A stretch of 64,000 bases of DNA, taken from contig CANMZR010000001.1 in assembly GCA_947502375.1 (NCBI GenBank), positions 4,886-68,885 on the forward strand. The letters are read 5' to 3'. A program made the position numbers and the translations under genes. Below the pieces are notes generated by a model. That model made no database searches. It saw nothing but the letters and a program-made list of their open reading frames with translations, and was not told the origin of the DNA. Shown here piece by piece: positions 36,580 through 44,880 of this stretch (position 1 is its first letter; every line of letters starts with the position of its first letter). This DNA is from Polyangiaceae bacterium (GTDB lineage Bacteria > Myxococcota_A > Polyangia > Polyangiales > Polyangiaceae).

Positions 36580-37256
36580 GCCGATTCTCCCGTGATCCGT
36601 CCGTCTTCGATATGCACCAGGCGATCCGCGAGGTGAAAAATGCGGTTGTCGTGCGTGACGACCACCACCGAGTGACCGCGCTCCTTCGCGAGCGAACGCA
36701 ACATCTCGGTCACGAGCAGCCCCGCCTGCGCATCGAGGCTGGCGGTCGGCTCATCGGCAAGGATGATCGGCGGACCACCCGCCAGAGCACGGGCCACGCT
36801 CACGCGCTGCCGTTGCCCGCCCGAGAGCTCACCGGGTTTGTGGTGAGACCGGTCGCCCATGCCCACGCGGTCGAGCAAGGCTTCAGCCTCCTTCATCGCG
36901 GCTCGTGACGAGTAACCGCGCAGCTCGAGTTGCAGCGCGATGTTCTGGGCGGCCGTCAGGCTCGCGATGAGATTGTGTCCCTGGAAGATGAAGCCCAGAT
37001 ACGAGACCCTGAGGCTTGGTAGCTCGCTCTGCTTCCTGCCGGAGATGCGCTTTCCAAAGAGGCTGACCTCCCCGCTCGTCGCCGCGAGAACGCAGCCCAT
37101 GATCGAGAGGAGGGTCGTCTTTCCGCTGCCGCTCGGACCTTCGAGAAACACGAATTCGCCCTGTTTTACCTTGAAGTCGACTTCCTTCAAGACGTGGGTG
37201 GCCGCCTCCCCTTCACCGTAGGTCTTCACGACCTTGCTGGCATCGATGGCTAACAT
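36576..37256 (-). CDS. ABC transporter ATP-binding protein (MacB/LolD-like)
   Basis: 226 aa from the ATG at 37256. Walker [10 protein letters not shown], signature LSGGQRQRV, Walker B ILADEPT. Confidence 0.92.
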   Translation of the reverse strand: MLAIDASKVVKTYGEGEAATHVLKEVDFKVKQGEFVFLEGPSGSGKTTLLSIMGCVLAATSGEVSLFGKRISGRKQSELPSLRVSYLGFIFQGHNLIASLTAAQNIALQLELRGYSSRAAMKEAEALLDRVGMGDRSHHKPGELSGGQRQRVSVARALAGGPPIILADEPTASLDAQAGLLVTEMLRSLAKERGHSVVVVTHDNRIFHLADRLVHIEDGRITGESA

Positions 37257-37269
37257 TGTCCGGCCCTCC

Positions 37270-38520
37270 TCATCGAAACACCACGGCGGGTTCGAGCCTA
37301 TGCAAGCGGAACAGCGCGAGCGAGGAGGCGATGACACAGAGGATTGTCATCACGACGAACGTTCCACCGAAGGTCTGCGGCAACAGCACCAGCGCCAGCC
37401 TGGGAGACCGAATCGCGTTGGCGAGATTCGACACGAGCGCGAGGCCGATGGTGGAACCGACCACGGCGTAAGCGACCGACTGCACGAACAAGAGCTTCGC
37501 GAGATCAGCGGTGGTTGTGCCGAGGGCTTTCAGGGTTCCAAACTCGCGCAAATTATCGACGACGGCCGAGAACATCGACAACGAAACGATGACGAAGCCG
37601 ACGATGAGGCCGAACACCGTCGAGGTTCCAAAGGTGATCCCAATCGGCGTCGACTTGAGCAAAAAGGTGTAAATGTTCGTCATGTATTGCTCGCGAGTCA
37701 TGACCTTCACGTCGCCACCGAGACGTGCTTGGAGGTCCGTCGCCATGCGCTTCGGATCGACGCCGGGCTTGACCTTGACCATCACGAAGTTGAGCCTGTC
37801 ACGCGGGACTTTCAAGAGCTCGCGCGCCAGATCGAAGCCGGCGAAAGCGTAGCTCGGTCCGAACGGGATGAGTCCATAGGTGAAGCCACCGACCTGCACC
37901 TTGTGACCGCTGACTTCTCGGACACTGCCGAGATTCAAGCCGCCGAGCTTCTCGCGGTCGGCATCCTCGAAGATCATCGTGTCGGGGCGCGCGAGAACCT
38001 CCGGTTTGCCGGCGACCATATTCCACGGTCCACCGCCCGTGATCGGCAGGTGGACGCCGATGAGGGTCACCGGCTCCGCTCCGCCCACCGGAGTCGCCAC
38101 GGTCGCACCTCCAAGAAGGAGCGGCTCCGCCCACTCGACCCCGTCCGTCACGCGTGCGCGCATCAAGGCAAAGTCTCCGAGCTGTTTGCCTGCTTGGAAC
38201 TGGTTCGTCCCGGGTGGCGCTATCCACACGTCGGCTCCGGAATTGCGGAGAAAGAGGACGTTTTTTGACAAAAGCCCCATGAAGGTCGCGAGCTGCTGAT
38301 TCGCGAGGAGCACGGCGAAGATGACGCCGACGAGCGTCCCCAACATCTTCAACTTGTCGTGAAGCATCATCTTGATGCCGACACGGGCCATCGCGCGCCA
38401 TCGCACCCCAAGCGACGCCCGGCCAGGCAGCGCTCGCGCCGCTGGCGGGTGGCTCGCGCTTTCACCTTGCGCGTCCTGGACGCCGGCCTGGGACTCGAAC
38501 CGAACGGAGCCGCCGTTCAT
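37270..38520 (-). CDS. ABC transporter permease, FtsX/MacB-like
   Basis: N-terminal TM segment, a large periplasmic domain and a C-terminal FtsX-type 3-TM bundle. Start is either 38520 (ATGA overlap with the tolC stop) or 38391 (MARVGIKMMLHDKLK...). Confidence 0.85.
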   Translation of the reverse strand: MNGGSVRFESQAGVQDAQGESASHPPAARALPGRASLGVRWRAMARVGIKMMLHDKLKMLGTLVGVIFAVLLANQQLATFMGLLSKNVLFLRNSGADVWIAPPGTNQFQAGKQLGDFALMRARVTDGVEWAEPLLLGGATVATPVGGAEPVTLIGVHLPITGGGPWNMVAGKPEVLARPDTMIFEDADREKLGGLNLGSVREVSGHKVQVGGFTYGLIPFGPSYAFAGFDLARELLKVPRDRLNFVMVKVKPGVDPKRMATDLQARLGGDVKVMTREQYMTNIYTFLLKSTPIGITFGTSTVFGLIVGFVIVSLSMFSAVVDNLREFGTLKALGTTTADLAKLLFVQSVAYAVVGSTIGLALVSNLANAIRSPRLALVLLPQTFGGTFVVMTILCVIASSLALFRLHRLEPAVVFR

Positions 38521-39827
38521 CGCAACGCTCGCTTGGTCTTCGCCTGGAGGAGCTCGCGCGCGTAAGCGAGATCGGCTTCGGCCTGGAGCCGGCTCGCGGT
38601 TGCGGCGAAGGCATCGCGCTCGGACTGCACCAACTCAAGCGCGGTTGCGTTGCCCGCGGTGAGGCGATCACGCCAGAGCGCCACCGCTTGACGAGCGGCA
38701 TCTTCTTCGGCGGCGGCCGACCGAGCGCGGACGACTTGCAGCTCCACGCGATCCGCCGCGTCATTGGCGTAATCGAGCTGGACTTGCCGAGCACGCTCCG
38801 CTCGCACGTTCGCCAACGACGCTGCGGTACTGCTCGCCCGAGCTTGAGCGAGCGTCGTATAATCGAGTGACCAGGTGGCCGCGACTTGAAGGGTGAGGAG
38901 CGTGTTGCGATTGGCGAAACCCGTCGCATTGGTGACGCGCTCGTTGGCAGATGCGCTCAACGTCGGTGCGAACGCAGCCCACGCCGCAGAGCGACTTTTG
39001 TCTGCAACCAAACGGTCCGCTTCGGCAGCCTTGACCGCGGGAGCTGTGAGCGCTCGCGCCTGAAGTTCGGACCGTGACAGCTCAGTCGTCGGCACGACCT
39101 CGAACGCCGGTACGCCCGCCGTCGGCTCGAGGCCGCTCGCGGTGCGAAGGCCACGTACCGCCATGCGCACCTGGTTGTCCGTCTCGGCGACCACCTTTTT
39201 GGCCCGCTCGACCTCGGCGCGAGCTTTGAGAACGTCGGTATCAAGGGCGCGCTCAGCTTCGCGGCGTCGCACAAATACATCGAGATTTTGCTCAGAAGCC
39301 GCCTGCGCCTTGACGGCCGCATCGCGAAGCCACGTGGCTCCGATGAGCGTGTAGTAGTGACGCGCAACTTCCGCGTCCCCGTCGTTGGTGGTCGCTTCCG
39401 CTCGTAGGTTCGCGGCGTCTTCCGCACGTAGCGACGCGGAAAGCCTCAGCCATCCGCCCACATCGATCAAGGGAACGCGAACGCCCAGGTTCGCTTCAAG
39501 CTGATCGAGCGGCGTGATGACGGCCGTGACGGTTTCGCCTCCGGGCGAGGGCCGAGCCACCGAGACCTCATACTGGTTGCGCGTGTAGGCCGCGGTGGCC
39601 GAGAGGATCGGCAAGAGGCGCCCGAGGGCAACGCTCGCCTCGTGCCCGCGCTGTTCCGTGACGAGGCCCGCTTCACGAACGTCAAAATTGGCCGCGCGAG
39701 CCGAACGACGAAACTCGTCCAGCGGCTGCAGTGCCTGAGCTCGGTACGCGGCGACGAAGGTGGCAAGCCCAAACGCCAGTGAAAAATTCAGCTTTGAGGA
39801 AGGAATCATTCTGCATCCACCATTCAT
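38517..39827 (-). CDS. TolC-family outer-membrane efflux protein
   Basis: 436 aa with a signal peptide and two TolC repeat halves rich in coiled-coil segments. First structural gene after tetR. Confidence 0.85.
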   Translation of the reverse strand: MNGGCRMIPSSKLNFSLAFGLATFVAAYRAQALQPLDEFRRSARAANFDVREAGLVTEQRGHEASVALGRLLPILSATAAYTRNQYEVSVARPSPGGETVTAVITPLDQLEANLGVRVPLIDVGGWLRLSASLRAEDAANLRAEATTNDGDAEVARHYYTLIGATWLRDAAVKAQAASEQNLDVFVRRREAERALDTDVLKARAEVERAKKVVAETDNQVRMAVRGLRTASGLEPTAGVPAFEVVPTTELSRSELQARALTAPAVKAAEADRLVADKSRSAAWAAFAPTLSASANERVTNATGFANRNTLLTLQVAATWSLDYTTLAQARASSTAASLANVRAERARQVQLDYANDAADRVELQVVRARSAAAEEDAARQAVALWRDRLTAGNATALELVQSERDAFAATASRLQAEADLAYARELLQAKTKRALR

Positions 39828-40534
39828 CGCGTCGAGAGCGCGCTCGTTCCCCGCAGTTTCCCGGGGGCCTTTTTATGCTTCCCGGGAGCCTTTTTATGCA
39901 AACCACGAGCTGTCCCCTCGGGTTTCAAGGGCCTTTCACCGTTGGGCGAGAAGCCCACCCAGAGACCGTCCACGAGCCGTCTCAAAAAAGTCACCGCCGG
40001 CGTGGGGTTCTCTTTCCGGACGCGCATCAAAACCTCGAAGAACGCGTAATTTTGCAAGGCACCGAGAAACGCGCGCGACAAAATTTCGACGTCAATGGCT
40101 CGAATGCGTCGCGCTGCGACCGCCGCCCCGAAGTAATCCATCAGCGCCGCCAACAATTGCAGTGGGGGCGACTCATCCTGTCGCAGCTCCTCGACGTGCT
40201 CGTCGGGGTTCGACCAGCGCATCATCATCATCGGTAGGAGCAGGCGGAACATCTGCAAGATGTTGGCACCGAGCTCGAGGAGGCCGGCTCGTACATCGCT
40301 CTCGCCGGCGCGCTCGGCCATCTGCCGCGTGAACGTGATGGTGGCGTCCATGTCCACGCGCATCGCCGCCTGAAACAGCTTATCTTTCGATGGAAAGCGC
40401 TTAAAAATGCTGCCCTCGGAGACCCCAGCGCGCTCAGCGACCTCGGCACTCGTCCCGCGGATCCCGCGCTCGAGGAAGACCTGCCTGGCAGCGGCCAGAA
40501 TGTCTTCGTCACGAATGGAAATGGGGCGGGCCAT
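39824..40534 (-). CDS. TetR-family transcriptional regulator with a tandem HKKAPGK duplication at the C-terminus
   Basis: 237 aa from the ATG at 40534. TetR HTH (ILAAARQVFLERGIRGTSAEVAERAGVSEGSIFKRFPSKDKLF). The stop overlaps the tolC start by 4 nt. The ORF track extends to 40990 through non-homologous sequence. Confidence 0.88.
   Translation of the reverse strand: MARPISIRDEDILAAARQVFLERGIRGTSAEVAERAGVSEGSIFKRFPSKDKLFQAAMRVDMDATITFTRQMAERAGESDVRAGLLELGANILQMFRLLLPMMMMRWSNPDEHVEELRQDESPPLQLLAALMDYFGAAVAARRIRAIDVEILSRAFLGALQNYAFFEVLMRVRKENPTPAVTFLRRLVDGLWVGFSPNGERPLKPEGTARGLHKKAPGKHKKAPGKLRGTSALSTR
39859..39899. repeat. 2 x about 20-bp direct repeat (period 21) encoding HKKAPGK-HKKAPGK at the TetR C-terminus
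   Basis: TCCCGGGGGCCTTTTTATGC (39859-78) and TCCCGGGAGCCTTTTTATGC (39880-99). Confidence 0.9.
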
Positions 40535-40554
40535 GAGGGAGTCTTGCTTTAACG

Positions 40555-40568
40555 AGTGAGCGCTCACT
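40555..40568. promoter_or_regulatory. Perfect 14-bp palindrome; candidate TetR operator in the divergent tetR / redoxin-gene promoter region
   Basis: AGTGAGC|GCTCACT, 21 nt upstream of the tetR ATG and 112 nt upstream of the redoxin gene ATG. Confidence 0.5.
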
Positions 40569-40679
40569 AAGTAATGGGCAGGCGCGCTCTGGTCAAGGGG
40601 CCCCGGGCGAATTGGAGGTAGAAAGGCGATGCACGGCGAACTCGCCAAGCGGACGCGACACGCTGTATGTTGCAGGTCT

Positions 40680-41393
40680 ATGGTCCTAGAACGTTCGTGG
40701 TTCGCACTGCCGTTGGCGACGGCGTTCGCCTTCGCGTGCTCTGTAGCAGCTCCGGCTGGTTCACCCAGCACCGCTGCAGGGAACAGCACGGTGTCGAGCA
40801 GCAGCATGGGTGGCTCGGTGTCGAGCGGCAGCATGGGTGGCATGGGTGGGCAACTGCTGCCCGCGGCCGGCACCGGTGGTAGCGCGATGGCCTCGAGCAG
40901 CACTGGCATGATGCTGGGCGGTGTGGCACTCGGCTGGAGCGCCACCGACTTTAGCGCGCTCGACGTCAACCCGAACTCCCCTCGCTTCAACCAGGCGGTC
41001 TCACCGAAGGACTACGCGACGCAGGTTTCGGGTTGGTACTTCGGACACGCCACGTGAGGCTACTGCAGTGGCCAGTTTGGTCACCTCGACACCCTCCAAA
41101 AAGACCTCACGGCAGCGGGCACCAAAGTGCCGATCCAGATCCTCGGTGTGAACGAGATCGGCTTCGAGTCCGGCAACGCGACCATCACTGCGGGACGCCA
41201 ATTGCCTTGGCTCCAGGCGACGGCAGCGGCTGACGTGTGGAAGGAATGGAAGCCCACCTACCGCGACGTCGTCCTCCTCGACGGTGCGAACAAAGTCGTC
41301 GGCATCTACAACCTGAGCAGCCACGATCTCGGGGTGGCTACAAACTACGCTGACTTGAGAGCTCTTTTCGTAGCCGCCGCGAACGCGAACTGA
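40680..41393 (+). CDS. Thioredoxin-fold (TlpA/redoxin-like) lipoprotein with an in-frame TGA at the first redox Cys position (UGYC); candidate selenoprotein, alternatively a nonsense pseudogene
   Basis: ORFs 40629..41057 and 41127..41393 share one frame, and the single TGA (41055-57) is the only stop between them. The joined product reads ...VSGWYFGHAT-U-GYCSGQFGHLDTLQKDLTAAGTKVPIQILGVNE...DVVLLDGANKVVGIYN, a TlpA-like layout. Lipoprotein signal from the ATG at 40680 (FALPLATAFAFAC). Confidence 0.6.
41068..41084 (+). promoter_or_regulatory. SECIS-like 17-nt hairpin beginning 11 nt after the in-frame UGA
   Basis: GUGGCC-AGUUU-GGUCAC: a 6-bp stem (one G.U pair) and a 5-nt loop containing GU. 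The size and the 11-nt spacing match what I recall for the minimal E. coli fdhF SECIS. Confidence 0.45.
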
Positions 41394-41402
41394 GCCGCAC
41401 CG

Positions 41403-43721
41403 ATGGGCTTCGCTCGGAGCGCGCTTGCGTGTGGGTTCCTGTCGCTCCTCACGGCCTGCTCGAATTGCCACCCTGGCCGAAGCGACAGCGTGCTTTCCGG
41501 TGCAAGCGCGCCCATCACCGACGACCCTGAACTCGCTGCCCGTATCAGGGCGGCGCTCGCGGCGAAGGGTGCCGACTACGTTCCGCGTACCCGACACAAG
41601 AACCCGGATGGCTCGCCGCGTTACACGAACCGCCTCATCTTCGAGTCGAGCCCGTACCTCCTTCAGCACGCCCACAACCCGGTCCATTGGTTCGCCTGGG
41701 GTGACGAGGCGTTCGCACTCGCGAAGGCCCTTCATCGGCCGGTCTTTCTCTCCATCGGTTACAGCACGTGCCACTGGTGTCATGTGATGGAGGAGGAGAG
41801 CTTCGAAGACGAGGCGACGGCGAAGGTGCTGAACGAACGCTATGTCGCTATCAAAGTGGACCGCGAGCAGCGGCCCGATGTGGACGGCGTCTACCTGAGC
41901 TTCCTTCAGGCGTTCACGGGCCGTGGTGGTTGGCCGATGAGCATCTGGCTTACGCCCGAACGAGAGCCGTTTTTTGGAGGCACCTACTTCCCGCCCAGGC
42001 GGGGCGCGGGAAGGAGCCCACCGGGGCTTGACGAGCTGCTCGATCAGCAAGCCGCGGCCTTTCGGTCCGACCCGCGCGCCATCAACGAGCAAGCTCAGAG
42101 GATTGTGGCCCGCTTGAAGACAGCCACTGCACCGCTACCCCAAGGTGACTTTCCCCCAGCTTCCTTGCTCGCCGATACGCGCTCGCTCGCTGCCCGTCGC
42201 TTCGACCGAGTAGCCGGAGGCTCCGAAGGTGCGCCCAAGTTTCCATCGTCCTTTCCGATACGGCTCCTGCTGCGCGTTGGGCAGCGCTCGCGGGACTTGA
42301 GCGCAATGAACATGGCTCGCCATACCCTCGAACGGATGCGTGCCGGGGGGATCTACGACCAGGTCGCCGGGGGCTTTCACCGCTACGCCACCGACGCTCA
42401 TTGGCTCGTCCCCCACTTTGAAAAAATGCTCTACGACAATGGAGAGCTCGCCATGACCTACCTCGAAGCCGGTCAGGCACTTTCGGAGCCGCGCTTCGAG
42501 GCCACCGCCCGGGATGTGCTCGACTACCTGCTGCGTGACATGCGCGCCGCCGACGGGACCTTCTACTCCGCCACGGATGCCGACAGTCTGGGTCCCGAGG
42601 GCACACGCGAGGAAGGCGCGTTTTTTACGTGGAGCCCCCTCGAGTTCGCTCGAGTATTGGGCCCCAAGGATGCGGCCGATGCCGTGCGCTGGTTCGGAGT
42701 GACCGAGCGCGGAAACTACGAAGGGCGCAACGTTCTCACCTTGGACGCTGCGAACATCGACTCGTCCATTTTTCCAGCTTTTTCGAGCACGGACGTGACC
42801 GAACGCCTGAACGGCATGCGCTTACGGTTGAGGCAAGCTCGGCAACAGCGCCCGCCTCCGCTCCGTGATGACAAGGTCATTGTCGCTTGGAATGCGCTGA
42901 CGATTTCGGCGCTCGCCCGCGCCGCTCTGGTGCTCGGTGATTCAGGGTACGGCGAGGCGGCACTCACCGCTGCCAAGAGTTTTCTTGCGCCATCGAGAGT
43001 CGGCAAGGCCTTGCCTCATCTGCGCTCGAACGGCGTCGACGTCGGCGCAGCATTTGCCGATGACCACGCACTCTTGGCGGCAGCGGCACTCGATGTGTTC
43101 GGGCTCACGGCCGAGCCTGAATGGCTCGACGATGCGACACGGTTGATGGAGAACCTCGAAGCGAACTTCTCGGACATCGAGCGCGGCGGGTATTATCTTT
43201 CCGCCGCCCAGCACGAGCACTTGTGGTTGCGCGAGAAGCCCGACCGAGACGGACCCATCGCAAGTGCCAACTCGGTGGCTGCGAACAACTGGCTTCGCCT
43301 GTATGCCCTCACGGGGAAGCCACGCCAGCTCGCATTGGCCGAGAAAACCTTGCGGGCATTCTCGATTGACCTGAAGCGGCAACCGCTGAAGCTCGACCAC
43401 TTGCTGATGGCCCTCGACTGGGCGACCGACGCGACGAAAGAAGTGGTCGTGGTGCTTCCGGTGGGTCGCGGCGCACTCGCCCCCGAGGCGCGGCCGTTGC
43501 TCGATGTGTTGAAGCGAACGTTCGTTCCAAACAGTGTGTTCGTCATCGCAGATGAGGAGCACCTCGGCCGCCTCGCGACGAGGGTGCCTTGGGTTTCCGC
43601 GAAGAAAACTCTAAAGGGTCTCGCCACCGCCTACGTTTGCGAGCGTGGGAGTTGCAAGCTCCCCACCACGGACCCAAAGGTCTTCGAGGAGCAATTGCGG
43701 CTGGCGCTTTCTTACCCATGA
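41403..43721 (+). CDS. DUF255 / YyaL-type thioredoxin-domain protein (N-terminal Trx-like domain plus a six-hairpin glycosidase-like domain), lipoprotein
   Basis: 772 aa with a lipobox (LSLLTAC) and the DUF255 hallmark [14 protein letters not shown]...[22 protein letters not shown]...[15 protein letters not shown]. Starts 9 nt after the redoxin gene stop. Confidence 0.85.
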   Translation: MGFARSALACGFLSLLTACSNCHPGRSDSVLSGASAPITDDPELAARIRAALAAKGADYVPRTRHKNPDGSPRYTNRLIFESSPYLLQHAHNPVHWFAWGDEAFALAKALHRPVFLSIGYSTCHWCHVMEEESFEDEATAKVLNERYVAIKVDREQRPDVDGVYLSFLQAFTGRGGWPMSIWLTPEREPFFGGTYFPPRRGAGRSPPGLDELLDQQAAAFRSDPRAINEQAQRIVARLKTATAPLPQGDFPPASLLADTRSLAARRFDRVAGGSEGAPKFPSSFPIRLLLRVGQRSRDLSAMNMARHTLERMRAGGIYDQVAGGFHRYATDAHWLVPHFEKMLYDNGELAMTYLEAGQALSEPRFEATARDVLDYLLRDMRAADGTFYSATDADSLGPEGTREEGAFFTWSPLEFARVLGPKDAADAVRWFGVTERGNYEGRNVLTLDAANIDSSIFPAFSSTDVTERLNGMRLRLRQARQQRPPPLRDDKVIVAWNALTISALARAALVLGDSGYGEAALTAAKSFLAPSRVGKALPHLRSNGVDVGAAFADDHALLAAAALDVFGLTAEPEWLDDATRLMENLEANFSDIERGGYYLSAAQHEHLWLREKPDRDGPIASANSVAANNWLRLYALTGKPRQLALAEKTLRAFSIDLKRQPLKLDHLLMALDWATDATKEVVVVLPVGRGALAPEARPLLDVLKRTFVPNSVFVIADEEHLGRLATRVPWVSAKKTLKGLATAYVCERGSCKLPTTDPKVFEEQLRLALSYP

Positions 43722-43736
43722 CGTCCGTCTTCACAG

Positions 43737-44870
43737 TTGCCAACGGCCTGGGTTCGACCGGTGTCGATGGCGATGGCTGCGGAGGGCCCGGATCGCGTGC
43801 ACCCAGAACGGTGGGCAGGTAAGCTCCCAAGTCGGATGGGGTTCAACGACGACTTCTTTCCAAGAGCCCGGCGAACCGGCGGACAGCCGCCAACGGGAAG
43901 CGAGGCCGAGCGCCTCGAAAACTGGCTGGGCACCCGACTCAACGCTTTGGACGGAGGCCTGCGACCAGATGGCTCGAACGCGGCCACGGTCCTGGTCATT
44001 CAGGTTGGGCAACAGCCTCCAGTCGAAGAAAAGGCGCCGTTCAGGCGGGCAGGCGGGGTCCTCGAGACCTACGAGCCTGGGCTGCAAGAGGCGGGAGGGT
44101 CTTCCAAAACGCTGCCGTTTCGCAGCACCGAGTCTCGCCAAGTCAGCGAGAGCGAAAAACTTGAAGGTTGGGTCCTTCAGGAGTTGCGAGCGCACGGTGG
44201 GAGGTGGGTCGGCGCAGCCATTCCGGTGGTTTACGGAACTTCGGAGCCGGTCGCGGCGCAGGGTTCTCCCGACGGGTGGACGAGCCGGCTGAGCGCCGCC
44301 GTGCCGCTCGGTCGGGCGTCGAGAACGGCGGCACCGCCCAGCGCTGTCGAGGCGAAGGTGGCCATCCAAGTTGTCCCATCGAAGAACGGCTTCAACCCGC
44401 TTTCGCTCGCCGAATACGCGGCGGTCAAGGTCGCGTATTGGAGCGAAGCTGAGCCCCTCGACGTGCTGCTCGCGCGTCATGGAATCGATGAAATTCGCTG
44501 GCGGAACCACGAAACATGGCTCCGTGATGCGCTCACATCGAGTGCGCATGAAGGAGACGCGGAGCTGCTCCACGGGGTGACAAGCCACCTCCGCGAGGCG
44601 CGCCTCGCTCGCAACCCGGTCGCCGCGCACACCGACGACGAACTCGAACGCTACGCCACCTTGCGCGCAACGATCGAAGGCGCCGGCGAGGATGGTGAGG
44701 ACAGTGTCCTTTTGAAGGAGAGCATGAGCCGGCGCGAGTGGACCGAGCTGCAAAGCCAATGGTCTGAAAAACTGAGCTGCGACCCGACCCTGCCACGCAC
44801 GCTCCGAAAAGCCATCGGACGGGTGCGCCGAAAGCTCCAAGAAGCGCAGCTCCTATTGCCTGCGAGTTGA
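43737..44870 (+). CDS. Hypothetical protein carrying two copies of a helical HG(I/L)(D/E)E..W module shared with T6SS-island proteins
   Basis: 377-aa ORF (TTG at 43737; the first ATG is at 43767). The plus frame is preferred over the antisense 43731..44840 ORF because it shares a motif with 47956..49329 and 60909..61553. Confidence 0.5.
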   Translation: MPTAWVRPVSMAMAAEGPDRVHPERWAGKLPSRMGFNDDFFPRARRTGGQPPTGSEAERLENWLGTRLNALDGGLRPDGSNAATVLVIQVGQQPPVEEKAPFRRAGGVLETYEPGLQEAGGSSKTLPFRSTESRQVSESEKLEGWVLQELRAHGGRWVGAAIPVVYGTSEPVAAQGSPDGWTSRLSAAVPLGRASRTAAPPSAVEAKVAIQVVPSKNGFNPLSLAEYAAVKVAYWSEAEPLDVLLARHGIDEIRWRNHETWLRDALTSSAHEGDAELLHGVTSHLREARLARNPVAAHTDDELERYATLRATIEGAGEDGEDSVLLKESMSRREWTELQSQWSEKLSCDPTLPRTLRKAIGRVRRKLQEAQLLLPAS

Positions 44871-44880
44871 GGGCAAGACC

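Noticed and set aside
41127-41393. Treating 41127..41393 as an independent 88-aa gene and 40629..41057 as a complete gene
   Set aside because: Both are in one frame, separated by a single TGA. The 88-aa piece begins with a GTG in the middle of a Trx-fold beta-alpha unit and has no SD. Together they form one domain (candidate Sec readthrough, or a nonsense pseudogene).
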